Shown one piece after another: positions 47,143 through 57,860 of a DNA stretch of 64,000 bases (positions are counted from its first letter, which is position 1; each line of letters opens with the position of its first letter). The notes beneath the pieces are model-generated. The model was not told the DNA's origin. It saw only the letters and a program-made list of their open reading frames with translations, and made no database searches. The DNA comes from a virus (lineage: Duplodnaviria; Caudoviricetes): positions 32,001 to 96,000 of IMG/VR virus record IMGVR_UViG_3300028797_000128; one strand, written 5' to 3'. Both the position numbers and the translations under genes were made by a program.

Positions 47143-49047
47143 ATGTTACAGTACCCGACAAACCTATATCCAGACGGTGCAACATTTGACCCGTCTGTGC
47201 TTGATGAAAAAAATAAGATATCTTTCACCTTTAATGGCGATTTGCTCACAGGCGTTGCTTTTAAAGTTTATGACTATGATACAGGTGAAATTATATACAT
47301 AAATGACAAACCATATCCTCAACCCGACATATATCAAGATTATCATCCTATAAAATATAATGAGGAAGAATACCAAACACCAACTGGCTATCTTAGCAGA
47401 TTACAGGCTGGAAAAGATTACGGCTTACAATTAGAACTCGTACAATATACGGCAGATGGTACGAGTCCTTTATGTGATATGTTTGTTTTAAGAGGACTTA
47501 CACAAGAGGATTATACTCCACAAGCTCAGAATGACTATATTGTCATAAAAAGTAATATTGATAATATCTACGAGTGGGACACAAATCCAGAAAACGAGGG
47601 TGTGCGCACAAGAAAAACGACTGAATACGGCGCAATATTAGACCAGATGGAGATTGTCATTAATGGTGAAAGAAAAGCGTTTTGGGGATATAACACTATT
47701 GCTGGTTATATACTTCTTTTGGACTCATTTTCTGAGCCAATACCAGCAGGAACGCCATTTCAGATATATTGCAACTATAAAGTATCACCATTATATTTCT
47801 TTAAGTGCAGAAGCAACCCAACAGCGACAGCAACGCTCACAGTTATTAATAATGGTGGAAGAAACGATGCTTCTCTTGGCTTTCATGTGGATGGGACATA
47901 TCTTCAAGACGAAGGTAGTTTTATAAATTATTATACTATTAGTCTATATTGGTGTTGGAAAGATGATGGCACTGTCCCGTGGAGATTTCTTGACAAAACA
48001 GATAAAATATATTCTCAGAATATAGAATATACATTTTATGACGATTTTGTTCTTAGATATAAAAAACGTGTTCATGGCGTTGTTGTTGATGTTTCTGCTG
48101 ATGAAGCAACGGATATGTACTATAAGGCTGTTGTTGATATAGTAACTGCGGATGGAGCAACCATCTCTGTTTCTTCTGACTCAATTAACAGAGGCGGGAC
48201 TAATGCCGACTTCCCTTATGCTGATATACAAAACTTTATCATTCATAATAGTGACATAGCCGATTTATATTATCCAGATAGTATTGATGCCCCGATTAAT
48301 GAATTATCATCAAATTATAAACATTGGATTCATATTGTTGGTGGAGGTATTCATAGGCAAGATTTGCCAGAAGGAACAAAGTTTACTTACTATCGAGAAA
48401 ACCTACAAACAGGCGAATTAAAGATGATTGAAACCGCCGATGATATTACTGTGCCAACTAAGGGGAAATTTAGATATTATGAAGTTCCACGTAATTCTTC
48501 GGGACGAGCCTATTTGAAAGGAATAGCATATCGAGATATTGAATTAGGATCTGATAATATGAACGGATATACAATTTCAGAACTCATTCCAGAAAACGAT
48601 GAAGGCACAAGAAAAACATATCGCTTAGGGCAACAGTGGAAATTCGTTGGAGATATTAATGACACAACATATACTCAGAATTTAGATAAATATGTTCATG
48701 TGGGATATAATTCTTATCCAAGTGTAACTTCAACACAAACAAAATATTTGTCAGGAACATTATCTGCGATGATGGGATATGCAGATTGTACTACTATTAA
48801 ATTTATGGATGAGATTGATAAAGTACGTGCGTGGAGAGATTTTATTACAAGGCAATCTATTTATATGCTAAAATCTCAAAAAGGCGACGTACTTATTATC
48901 GCTATATCAAATAATCCTACTACATCTTATAGTGAAATGTCACAAGAATTACTCACAACATTTTCATTTGATTGGGTTGAAGTATGTAATGTAAATGATA
49001 TCAAAGTCTATATAGATATTGGATATGACCCAAATCGTGATTATTAA
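47143..49047 (+). CDS. Tail tip / distal tail-like protein
   Basis: Position after TMP; C-terminal FSFDWVEV. Confidence 0.65.
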   Translation: MLQYPTNLYPDGATFDPSVLDEKNKISFTFNGDLLTGVAFKVYDYDTGEIIYINDKPYPQPDIYQDYHPIKYNEEEYQTPTGYLSRLQAGKDYGLQLELVQYTADGTSPLCDMFVLRGLTQEDYTPQAQNDYIVIKSNIDNIYEWDTNPENEGVRTRKTTEYGAILDQMEIVINGERKAFWGYNTIAGYILLLDSFSEPIPAGTPFQIYCNYKVSPLYFFKCRSNPTATATLTVINNGGRNDASLGFHVDGTYLQDEGSFINYYTISLYWCWKDDGTVPWRFLDKTDKIYSQNIEYTFYDDFVLRYKKRVHGVVVDVSADEATDMYYKAVVDIVTADGATISVSSDSINRGGTNADFPYADIQNFIIHNSDIADLYYPDSIDAPINELSSNYKHWIHIVGGGIHRQDLPEGTKFTYYRENLQTGELKMIETADDITVPTKGKFRYYEVPRNSSGRAYLKGIAYRDIELGSDNMNGYTISELIPENDEGTRKTYRLGQQWKFVGDINDTTYTQNLDKYVHVGYNSYPSVTSTQTKYLSGTLSAMMGYADCTTIKFMDEIDKVRAWRDFITRQSIYMLKSQKGDVLIIAISNNPTTSYSEMSQELLTTFSFDWVEVCNVNDIKVYIDIGYDPNRDY

Positions 49048-49061
49048 GGGGGCGTATATTA

Positions 49062-50393
49062 ATGGAGTATTTTAATAATTATACCCCTGAATATGAAAAA
49101 GCATTAAAAAACAATTCAGTTATAAGATGCTTACTGAAAATCGAGTTATTATCCTCAAATGAGAGCGTAATTGGCGAAATTACTAAAGACCTCACTTATG
49201 ATACACAAGGGCAAATCAATATAAATTACAATCAGTTAGTGCGCAGATCGTGCAGTTTAACGGTTGCAAATGTGGATAACAAGTATATCCCCTCCCCTAA
49301 CAATCCTATTTGGTATAATAGGAAATTCAAGTTATGGGTGGGGGTTCTTGATGATAAAGGCGATGTTTACTGGTGGTCGCAAGGAGTTTATTATAGTCGT
49401 TCTGTAACAGCAAACGCCCATACAATTTCTATTGAAGCCGTTGACAAAGGCGGCGCATTAGATGGTACTCTAAAAACAAATCTTGCCGATGCGCAATACA
49501 TTATAGAGGCAGGAACAGCCATTAGTGACGCTGTTAAGGAAACATTGGCTCTTAATATTGGTGCTAATATCAAAATGAATAATTCTGATAGTTATGCGGG
49601 AATAAGTATGCCAATAGACCCAGTAAAGCCTTTAGTTGATTTAAGTTATAACAATAAGATACTTCAAGCCGATGTGTCGGTTGATACTAACGGCTATATA
49701 GGCGAATTGCTTACGTCCCTTGCAGATAGTTATGGTGCAGACGTTTATTATGATACGGAGGGACGTTTGCGCTTTACAGGCATAGCAGATATTTTCTTCA
49801 TTGATGGCTACCGTTGTATGGCTCATCAATGGGATTTTATCAATTTGTCGGCAGGTTTCGCAAATCCAAATTATGAGTATAGTTTTGATGGTATTAATGC
49901 TGTTACAGTGTATACAAATCTTAGTTCTGATGCACAAGCTTTGGCAAATGCGCAGACGGAAGCAAAGACTGGCGATGTGCCTCAAGACGAATCAGAAAAG
50001 GTTCAAAATATATCGTATACAGCCTATAATGTCAATCCTCGATCCCCTTTACGTGTAGGTGCTATTGGTCTTAGACAAATGGCGAGTCAGGAAATTGAGT
50101 ACATAGACACAACTCAAAGCGATATGGAAACACGCTGTCAGCAATATGCGGTATCTTTACTCCAAAAGGAAAGTTTGAAAGGAATGAGTTTGAGTTTTGA
50201 ATGTCCGCTCATTCCGCATCTTGATGTAAACAAAACAATAGGAATTACCGACGAGTTTCAGAATATCAATGCTGGAACTTTTATTATTCAGTCTATAACA
50301 ATACCGCTTGGTGCAAACTCAATGAAAATTTCGGCAACAAATGTAAACTGGATGCCAGTAGATTCAAATATTGAAGGAATGGGGGCGAGGTAA
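49062..50393 (+). CDS. Baseplate hub / Tal-like protein
   Basis: RRSCSL, YYDTEGRL, IPHLDVN; position. Confidence 0.65.
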   Translation: MEYFNNYTPEYEKALKNNSVIRCLLKIELLSSNESVIGEITKDLTYDTQGQININYNQLVRRSCSLTVANVDNKYIPSPNNPIWYNRKFKLWVGVLDDKGDVYWWSQGVYYSRSVTANAHTISIEAVDKGGALDGTLKTNLADAQYIIEAGTAISDAVKETLALNIGANIKMNNSDSYAGISMPIDPVKPLVDLSYNNKILQADVSVDTNGYIGELLTSLADSYGADVYYDTEGRLRFTGIADIFFIDGYRCMAHQWDFINLSAGFANPNYEYSFDGINAVTVYTNLSSDAQALANAQTEAKTGDVPQDESEKVQNISYTAYNVNPRSPLRVGAIGLRQMASQEIEYIDTTQSDMETRCQQYAVSLLQKESLKGMSLSFECPLIPHLDVNKTIGITDEFQNINAGTFIIQSITIPLGANSMKISATNVNWMPVDSNIEGMGAR

Positions 50394-51037
50394 TGGCAGA
50401 TGTATTAGAAGAATATGTGACACAAGTCATTGATAAAAAAATGCAGAATAGCGATTATCTCATTGCTATTCCTTCAAAAGTTATGCAAGTTTTATCAAAT
50501 GGAATGTATGTGGTACAACTTATCTCAAACGGTTCAGAATATTGCGTTCCGAATTGGAGTGGCGCTGACCTTGAAGTCGGAGATAATGTTCATCTTTATT
50601 ATAAAGGCAAAATATTGTCAGATAGAACTGCATACATTGGCGCAGCATTTCATCAAAACAATCATCTTGAATTTATTGTTGGTAATTCGCAGACAGGCAG
50701 AATTGTACCTGATTCTGCTCCTGCGACTTTTGCAACTATTAATTTCACCGCAACAATCAAGACAAATATTTTTGTGTGTTTCAATGCAAATCTCATAACT
50801 AATTCTATGGGTTCAAATACTGTGACGGTTTATTTAGATAATGTTCCGCACACATATCAACATGATCTCAATTTATCAAGAGGTTGGAAGTATACACAGA
50901 ACTTCACGCTTCCGTTTGAAGCTGATGCAGGTGAACACACGGTTTTAGTCAAGATAAATGGTAGTGGAGATGTGACTTATGCGGCAGTTTATGCATATGT
51001 TTTCGGTCAAGGAATAAAGGAGGTGGAGAATGGATAA
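50393..51037 (+). CDS. Tail spike-like protein (OB-fold N-terminus, beta-sandwich C-terminus)
   Basis: VPNWSGADLEVGDNV; position. Confidence 0.5.
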   Translation: MADVLEEYVTQVIDKKMQNSDYLIAIPSKVMQVLSNGMYVVQLISNGSEYCVPNWSGADLEVGDNVHLYYKGKILSDRTAYIGAAFHQNNHLEFIVGNSQTGRIVPDSAPATFATINFTATIKTNIFVCFNANLITNSMGSNTVTVYLDNVPHTYQHDLNLSRGWKYTQNFTLPFEADAGEHTVLVKINGSGDVTYAAVYAYVFGQGIKEVENG

Positions 51038-51932
51038 GTTTTTTATAAGAGAAATTGCTGCGGTTTGGGCGTTTGATAAGCAGAATGAAGCTGTGTGGAA
51101 ATGCACCAATATTGGCAAATTGAAGATTACTCAGGACGGTGAAACAATCCGCAAAAAAGATTCTCAGGGCGCAACAATTTTTAAAATGGACACGGCAAAA
51201 AGTGCAAGTATAAGTTTTGAGGTGAATTACTGGGACTTCAATATTTTATCAATGATTTCGGGAGCAGATAAACGCACTCTTGATGGCACTGATAATCCGT
51301 ATATAGTAGAACCTATAAATGTTCCTTATGCACAGGACATCGTACTCACTGTTGAAGATATTGAAAACGGATATGTGGAACTCGATGAAACACCACGCAG
51401 AAACGAATATGGAGTATGTGAGATGTCTATGTTTCGCACTGGTAAGGGAGATACAATATTGCAAAATTATAAACAGGGATTATTCGCTGACGAAACTCAT
51501 TTTGCCGTTGAAGGGAATAAACTTATGTTTCCTACTTCTCTATCGGACGAGGATAGATTTGAAATAGTTTATGAATTTAATTCTGCGGTTGGCGTGGAGT
51601 TGATTAATTCTGCTGATAAAGTCCCTGAAACATGGAAGGTCAGAATCCTTATGCTTGTATCTCCGATTTGCAATACAGACATTGTATCTGCGGTATGGCT
51701 AACGGCTAACAACGCAACTCCTGATATGAGCGTTTCGCTTGATTTAGGCACAGAGGATAATATTCCTGTGAGCCTTGAATTGGGTTACAGCATTTGTGAC
51801 GACAAGAAGGAATTGTATAAAATCGTTTCCGCATATGCTGTCAGCGATGAAAGCTATGGTATACCGTTGCGCACAAATGACAGAAATACAGTATATACTT
51901 ACGATCAAGATCCGGTAAGGACGATATCGTAA
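51030..51932 (+). CDS. Second tail-tube paralog
   Basis: Colinear similarity to 36752-37588 (WAFD, ITQDGE, VPY, EI.YE, ADK.P, LS.CD, L.L.YS.CD). Confidence 0.75.
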   Translation: MDKFFIREIAAVWAFDKQNEAVWKCTNIGKLKITQDGETIRKKDSQGATIFKMDTAKSASISFEVNYWDFNILSMISGADKRTLDGTDNPYIVEPINVPYAQDIVLTVEDIENGYVELDETPRRNEYGVCEMSMFRTGKGDTILQNYKQGLFADETHFAVEGNKLMFPTSLSDEDRFEIVYEFNSAVGVELINSADKVPETWKVRILMLVSPICNTDIVSAVWLTANNATPDMSVSLDLGTEDNIPVSLELGYSICDDKKELYKIVSAYAVSDESYGIPLRTNDRNTVYTYDQDPVRTIS

Positions 51933-51948
51933 GAGAAAGGAGAAATAG

Positions 51949-54543
51949 ATGGGAAAATTAAGTAGAAACTATCCCACATCTGAAGCGGTTGAAGCTGCGT
52001 TAAACAGAGCCAATAAAGCTGAAGCTGATATAAACAACTTACAGGCACAAATAGATGAGATAGTTATTTCATCTTCTGCTGAAGCTATTGTTGCGCCTGA
52101 AGTTGCACAAGCAAGAGTCGGTGAAGATGGTACTGAATATACAACTCTGAAAGATAGATTGGATTCCGAAGTCAAATTGATTCGTGATGATTTACTCAGC
52201 ACAGTTGTTGAAGATATTTATGTGTTGGGCGACATTACAGACGGAGAATATTATGACATTGATGGAGAAGTTCAGAGTAGTCAATATTGGAGCACCTGCA
52301 CAATTAATGTGTTACCATATAAGAGAATAATTTATTCGGGTGTTACACATACCAGCGACAATTTGCGTTCAGTATTCATAAACAAGAACAATCGTGTTAT
52401 CGCTACATTCCCAATGGAAACAGGGCAAAATGTCATAGACGTACCGAAAGATGCGAGTGTAGTTGTGTTTTCTATTCACACGGCTGAAAAAGATGATTTT
52501 GTAAGTCTGGGAATTAATCGCAATGTCTTTATTGATGATTCCCAAATTGTTGAACACAATAATTATCTTGATTTATCAAATTATTCGGGCAATGGAATTA
52601 CCATAGTAAGGAATGAAGATGACACATTAACGATTAATGGAGCGGCATCTCTTGTAACAGATGTGACAATTTGCACATTACAGGCAGGAACATATACGGC
52701 TCTTTACAAATTTGTAAGTGGCTCAACAACTTCTACTTCAGATATTTCTGTTAGAGTTAATGATGAAAGATGGGTAAATAACCATACAAAAGTGTCAACC
52801 GTATCTCTTACTGGCATTACAGAAGTTAAATTGCGTATCTCAGGTGGGGCAGTTTTAAATAATGCCAAGGTTGAAGTTGTTATTAACAAGGGAACAGAGG
52901 TTGATGAAGAAGCAAACTGGAGGTATACGGCATTGGATCAAAAAGCGAGAGAGATGTCAACAAAAAACGCAAGTGACATTTCTGATAATAGCGATCTCAT
53001 ATCCATTATATCTGAAGAATCTTCAAATATGTTCTACGTGACAACAGTTCCTCAAACGCTTGGTGGTATTACAATTACGACCGACACTAAAGGAAGAATT
53101 GTGATTAACGGTACAAGTTCTGGAAGTGTTAAGATACCGTTAATGGGCGCAGTAAGTGCAAGTAACACGAATTTGCCAGCGGGAACATATACAGCAAAGA
53201 TAGAGAGAGTTTCAGGTACGATTTCAACAGCAGGAAATATTAGTCTGAGATATGGTGATGTAAGTTCTGGTTCAGGTACAAGATGGGTAATTAGCACAAC
53301 GCCAATCGAAACAGATACTTTTGAGAGTGACCAAAGCGTAATTTTGTATATTTCACCTAATACGGAATTTCATGATGCAACTTATGAGTTGCAAATTGAA
53401 CAAGGAGAAACGGTTGGTAATTTCTATCCTTATGGGTTTATTACAGGCTATGACAAAATTGCAAGAGACAAAATCGCTGAAATAGAAGCCGAAATAACAG
53501 ACGTTCCAGAATTGAGTCTTACCGATTTTGAGTATGAACTTATAGGCGGAGGCTTAAATGCTCTTAACTCTCTTTATGATGTGACAGGCAAATTATTTAA
53601 TGTGAGCTATGTTACAGACACCCATATCGACATTTATCAGAATACACGACACGGGGAAGATTCTTTTAAATTATTCAATTCAATAACAAACTACTGTGAT
53701 ATCTCTGTGCATATGGGTGATGTTGTACAATCAACAGGACGTACACGTGCTGAGGCTTTGCATAATTTTGAGGTTGCAGATTATCTTATGAGAGATGCTA
53801 AAAGTTGTGTGATTTGTAGAGGTAATCACGATACCAACGTAAGAGCGGGATATCCAATAAATACAGCAGTCTTTAACACAATGGAAATGCGCAGACGACC
53901 TGCTAATTTTATATCAAATCCAAATGATACTAATAAAATGTACGGATATATGGATTTTGCAGAGTATAAGTTGCGTGTGTATTTCTTAGACCCATACGAT
54001 GATCTCACTCTTGCGCATTCAGGTTCTTCTTCTGCTCCGTATAATGACGTTGCCATAATAACCGAAAACCAACTTGACTGGCTTTTTGTGCAAAATGCCG
54101 TTACGGACACAACATGGACTGCCCTCATATTCTCTCATAACTCAACAGCTTCTACTTTAAAATACCAAGAAGCCGACTCGAAGAATAGCTCGTTTAGAAC
54201 CAAACTGGCTACAATGATAGGCAATGGAATCCCCGTTGTCCTTTGTCATGGCAACAATCATAAAGATGCATGGCAATCTGTTGTTTGCGGAAATTCGGTT
54301 GGTAATATTTTAGATATTACATTTGAAAATGGTTTCTACAACTTTAATGATTCAGATGATATCGCAAAAGGATATTATTTTGATGGACAAGGAAATCTGA
54401 TCCCTAAAGATTTATATTGCGTAGGCTTTATTAGTATTGATACAACAAATCACATAATTTACGATACCAGAATTGGTAGAGGCAGTAGTAGAACTTGGCA
54501 CTACGGATTATCCGATTCGGATATTTATGAAATTTCAAACTAA
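51949..54543 (+). CDS. Receptor-binding/tail fiber protein with C-terminal metallophosphoesterase domain
   Basis: N-terminal EVAQAR..TLKDRLD anchor; repeated beta-sandwiches; VTDTH, MGD, RGNHD, FSH motifs. Confidence 0.75.
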   Translation: MGKLSRNYPTSEAVEAALNRANKAEADINNLQAQIDEIVISSSAEAIVAPEVAQARVGEDGTEYTTLKDRLDSEVKLIRDDLLSTVVEDIYVLGDITDGEYYDIDGEVQSSQYWSTCTINVLPYKRIIYSGVTHTSDNLRSVFINKNNRVIATFPMETGQNVIDVPKDASVVVFSIHTAEKDDFVSLGINRNVFIDDSQIVEHNNYLDLSNYSGNGITIVRNEDDTLTINGAASLVTDVTICTLQAGTYTALYKFVSGSTTSTSDISVRVNDERWVNNHTKVSTVSLTGITEVKLRISGGAVLNNAKVEVVINKGTEVDEEANWRYTALDQKAREMSTKNASDISDNSDLISIISEESSNMFYVTTVPQTLGGITITTDTKGRIVINGTSSGSVKIPLMGAVSASNTNLPAGTYTAKIERVSGTISTAGNISLRYGDVSSGSGTRWVISTTPIETDTFESDQSVILYISPNTEFHDATYELQIEQGETVGNFYPYGFITGYDKIARDKIAEIEAEITDVPELSLTDFEYELIGGGLNALNSLYDVTGKLFNVSYVTDTHIDIYQNTRHGEDSFKLFNSITNYCDISVHMGDVVQSTGRTRAEALHNFEVADYLMRDAKSCVICRGNHDTNVRAGYPINTAVFNTMEMRRRPANFISNPNDTNKMYGYMDFAEYKLRVYFLDPYDDLTLAHSGSSSAPYNDVAIITENQLDWLFVQNAVTDTTWTALIFSHNSTASTLKYQEADSKNSSFRTKLATMIGNGIPVVLCHGNNHKDAWQSVVCGNSVGNILDITFENGFYNFNDSDDIAKGYYFDGQGNLIPKDLYCVGFISIDTTNHIIYDTRIGRGSSRTWHYGLSDSDIYEISN

Positions 54544-54562
54544 ACAGAAAGGAAGATGAACT

Positions 54563-54874
54563 ATGGCTAACAAATATACGGTTGTAAGTGATGAGCTTTA
54601 TGCAAACGGGGTTGCCAAAGAGGTTAAAATATATAATCTTACTGGCTCTGACCTCCGCATTAAGGCTACTGGCACTGGTTCTTGTCAGGTGGTTGGAAAG
54701 CTGACTGCTAATGACGATTGGAAAGTGTTGTCCCTTGTAAAGCTTAAAGGCTTTGACGTTGTGGACACGATTACAGATAATGAAATTTATGCTGCCGATG
54801 TGAGTGGTATCTATGCTATTTCTGTGCAGAATGCCTCTGGCTTTTCTAAAGTCTGGGCTACGGTTCTTGCGTAA
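54563..54874 (+). CDS. Small structural/tail-associated protein
   Basis: ORF track, RBS. Confidence 0.6.
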   Translation: MANKYTVVSDELYANGVAKEVKIYNLTGSDLRIKATGTGSCQVVGKLTANDDWKVLSLVKLKGFDVVDTITDNEIYAADVSGIYAISVQNASGFSKVWATVLA

Positions 54875-54887
54875 GGAGGTGTAGCAT

Positions 54888-55298
54888 ATGGATGTTGTAA
54901 CATTAGGTGCTGCTCTTAATGGCAGTAAAACATATACAGATAATGCAGTTGCCGCCCTTGTGGGCGGTGTGCATTACAAGGGTAGTGTCAACTATTATGC
55001 TGACCTACCAAACAATGCAAGTGAAGGCGATGCTTACACGGTAAAATATTTAGGTACAAGTGGAACTGATATTGACGGTGGAGAGTATGTCTGGGGATAT
55101 GACGACGATTTAAGCGACTACGCATGGATTAGCTTTTCTAAAAGCTGTTATACAAAAAGCGAAGCTGATACTCTATTAGATGGGAAAGCAGATTGCGGTA
55201 ATGATTATTTGGAACTCCCCAACGGTAAAAGATTATATATATCATCAACTGCGCCTACTGGCAATATCCCCGATGGCTCAATCGGTGTCGGTTGGTAA
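54888..55298 (+). CDS. Tail fiber-associated protein
   Basis: HYKGSV...LP...GDAY repeat typical of fiber proteins. Confidence 0.6.
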   Translation: MDVVTLGAALNGSKTYTDNAVAALVGGVHYKGSVNYYADLPNNASEGDAYTVKYLGTSGTDIDGGEYVWGYDDDLSDYAWISFSKSCYTKSEADTLLDGKADCGNDYLELPNGKRLYISSTAPTGNIPDGSIGVGW

Positions 55299-55313
55299 GG
55301 CGGTGAATAAAGC

Positions 55314-56120
55314 ATGAATTTTAAGAGATACGTAGAGAGTAGCGGCACATGGGTTGACTCTCACTATATTCGTGGAACATCAACCGACACGATAACTCTA
55401 CCAACAACCATATACGGCGACGGCACAAATGCAAGTTTGACTATCAAGGGTAACACCGTCCAGAACGGAACGCCGTCACCGAGTAATCCTGTATCAGTGG
55501 ACGGAGTGGGAGAATTAGAAACATCGGGAGAACACGCAGGAGATTATAAAATCCCGATTTTAAACGGACAGACCACAACGCCTGTATATTTGGGAAGTGT
55601 GGAGAGTGAGAGGAAGATTAAGAAGTTAGTCTTTGATGGCACTGAAGGTTGGACAAAAAGCAGAAACGATGATACTGCATTTTTTAAATTGCAGTTGTCA
55701 GATTATAAGCTTCAAACCGTTGCGTTTTGTTCTCATTTTGAATATGCAAATGTTACGCAAAGCGGAACAACATTAGGGTTTTATATTGTGCTTGGTTCAG
55801 GCATGATAAGAATACGTCCAGAAAATGTTGCAACAACAAGCCTTGAATCATTTTTATCATTCCTTTCAACGCAGTATTCTAATGGCACAGCTGTAACAAT
55901 TTATTACGTATTGGACACGCCCGAAACTATAATCTCTAATGAGCCTTTATATAAAATTGATAACTATTCTGATTCCATCTCGACTTCAATCCCCACGACA
56001 GACGAAGCAAACACACTCTCAGTTGGCACTACGGTACAGCCGAGTGAGGTAACTGTCACCTTTAAAGGGTGGCATCCTGTTGCGGATGTCCATGAACACA
56101 CAAACGGTGCATGGACATAA
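55314..56120 (+). CDS. Tail fiber-related protein
   Basis: GNTVQNGTPSPSNPV, FDGTEGW, YYVLDTP motifs. Confidence 0.65.
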   Translation: MNFKRYVESSGTWVDSHYIRGTSTDTITLPTTIYGDGTNASLTIKGNTVQNGTPSPSNPVSVDGVGELETSGEHAGDYKIPILNGQTTTPVYLGSVESERKIKKLVFDGTEGWTKSRNDDTAFFKLQLSDYKLQTVAFCSHFEYANVTQSGTTLGFYIVLGSGMIRIRPENVATTSLESFLSFLSTQYSNGTAVTIYYVLDTPETIISNEPLYKIDNYSDSISTSIPTTDEANTLSVGTTVQPSEVTVTFKGWHPVADVHEHTNGAWT

Positions 56121-56200
56121 CTGAATAAAAAAAAGGTAATTTCAACTAAGGCGTGGTCATTAATTTGGTCACGCCTCTAATTATGAAAGGAAGTATGCCG

Positions 56201-56719
56201 ATGCACGAAATATTCAAGAAATTATCAAATCATATGGTTGGTGCTATGATGATTCACACTCAGCTTACGGAATTGTTTAATTTCATTGACCTTGAAGCTG
56301 ACGCTAAACGACAGAAGAAGCAACTGCACGAAGAATCGGACGGTCTTTTGAAGTTAGAGAAGTATGCTACACAGCATCATCACATACTGATAACGTCAGA
56401 TAATCCTCCACAGGTAGACATATTGAATCTTGATATATTAGAACGTCCAAACGATAAATTATCGCCAGATGATAAAATTCATCTCATTCAGTACGCCCTT
56501 AAAGAGTGGATTGAGTGGGAAAAGAAAAGCAAAGTAATATATGAGGACTCCTATCACAACCTTGTGGATATGTCAGAAATAGCCGCCGCAGACTTTGTTT
56601 TGCAATACGTCAAGGACGTTGACAAAGAACTGAGAGATGCAGAACTGCTTTACAGAGTTAGGGATGCTATTGATTGGGACTTGGCAACTATTTACGATGA
56701 ACAAGCAAGAAAGACGTAA
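56201..56719 (+). CDS. Ferritin-like four-helix-bundle protein
   Basis: HEES...WIEWEKKSK..YE...VKDVDKEL helical pattern. Confidence 0.6.
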   Translation: MHEIFKKLSNHMVGAMMIHTQLTELFNFIDLEADAKRQKKQLHEESDGLLKLEKYATQHHHILITSDNPPQVDILNLDILERPNDKLSPDDKIHLIQYALKEWIEWEKKSKVIYEDSYHNLVDMSEIAAADFVLQYVKDVDKELRDAELLYRVRDAIDWDLATIYDEQARKT

Positions 56720-56728
56720 GGAGATTTT

Positions 56729-57112
56729 ATGTATGTAAACTTCAATGAAAACCCTCGTGGAAACTACTACGCTGGCGACTGTGTGATAAGAGCCATTAAT
56801 ATTGTCACAGGAATATCGTGGGACGAAATCTACACTACTCTTTGTGCTGAAGGTTTTTACTTAGGTGATTGGGGCAATACAAACGCATCGTGGGACTGGT
56901 ATCTTAGAAGTTTGGGCTTTAAGAGATATATCTGCCCTAATGACTGTCCGTTTTGCTATTCACTTGTAGATTTTGCAAACGATCACCCGACTGGCAAATA
57001 CATAGTGGCGACTGGCACTCATGCCGTAGCAGTAGTTAATGGTGATTACTATGACGCTTTCGACAGTGGTCATGTAACACCGATATATTATTACACGAAA
57101 GAAGGTGAGTAA
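56729..57112 (+). CDS. Putative papain-like cysteine peptidase
   Basis: GDCVIRA...THAVAV...YDAFDS (Cys-His-Asp order). Confidence 0.55.
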   Translation: MYVNFNENPRGNYYAGDCVIRAINIVTGISWDEIYTTLCAEGFYLGDWGNTNASWDWYLRSLGFKRYICPNDCPFCYSLVDFANDHPTGKYIVATGTHAVAVVNGDYYDAFDSGHVTPIYYYTKEGE

Positions 57113-57505
57113 ATGGCTTATGGTTATATCCCAAACAATTACAACCTTTATGGGCAACAATTTCAGTCTGCGCAGCAATATATGCAACCGCAAACTAACA
57201 ACATAGTTCACGTTCAAAATGAGCAACAGGCTCGTGCGTGGACGGTTGCTCCAAACAGTTCTGTGATGTTCATTGATGATAGTAGCCCACATTGTTATAC
57301 AAAGACAATGGGAATGTCACAATTAGAGCCCCCCGTATTCAAGTGCTTCAAACTTGTAGAGGTGGAGACTTCACAGCAACAGGTTCAAGAACCGCAACAA
57401 AATGCTGATTTATCTGCCTTTATGACAAAAGAAGAATTTGAGCCATATAAGGCGATAATAGAAGAAATGCAGAAAATAGCAAAGGAGCTGAATGGAAATG
57501 AGTAA
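57113..57505 (+). CDS. Gln/Tyr-rich hypothetical protein
   Basis: ORF track, low-complexity N-terminus. Confidence 0.8.
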   Translation: MAYGYIPNNYNLYGQQFQSAQQYMQPQTNNIVHVQNEQQARAWTVAPNSSVMFIDDSSPHCYTKTMGMSQLEPPVFKCFKLVEVETSQQQVQEPQQNADLSAFMTKEEFEPYKAIIEEMQKIAKELNGNE

Positions 57506-57710
57506 TCCTTTGAATGTAGGGAGACAGCAACAGCCTGATATGAACGCATTATATCAGCAGTTTGCGCAGAATCCTATGCAATATCTTACGGGAATGAATA
57601 TCCCAAAGGAGCTTACAACTCCACAACAAATTGTACAATACTTAGCCGATAATGGCAAAATCCCACCAATGCTTCAACAGCGTGTAAACGCAATGCTTGG
57701 CAGGAAGTGA
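57498..57710 (+). CDS. Small Gln/Met-rich helical protein
   Basis: ORF track, AAGGAG RBS. Confidence 0.75.
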   Translation: MSNPLNVGRQQQPDMNALYQQFAQNPMQYLTGMNIPKELTTPQQIVQYLADNGKIPPMLQQRVNAMLGRK

Positions 57711-57860
57711 GTTATAGTGTAAAGCTATGGCTCACAATGAGTTATAGTCTTTACCTTTCTAATGGTATTAAGGCAATTCCGCCTTGATATATAACGCACC
57801 GTTCACACATAAGGATGTGAACGCTCACCCCTAAAAGTTATGGGGAGAAAGGAGGGCTTT

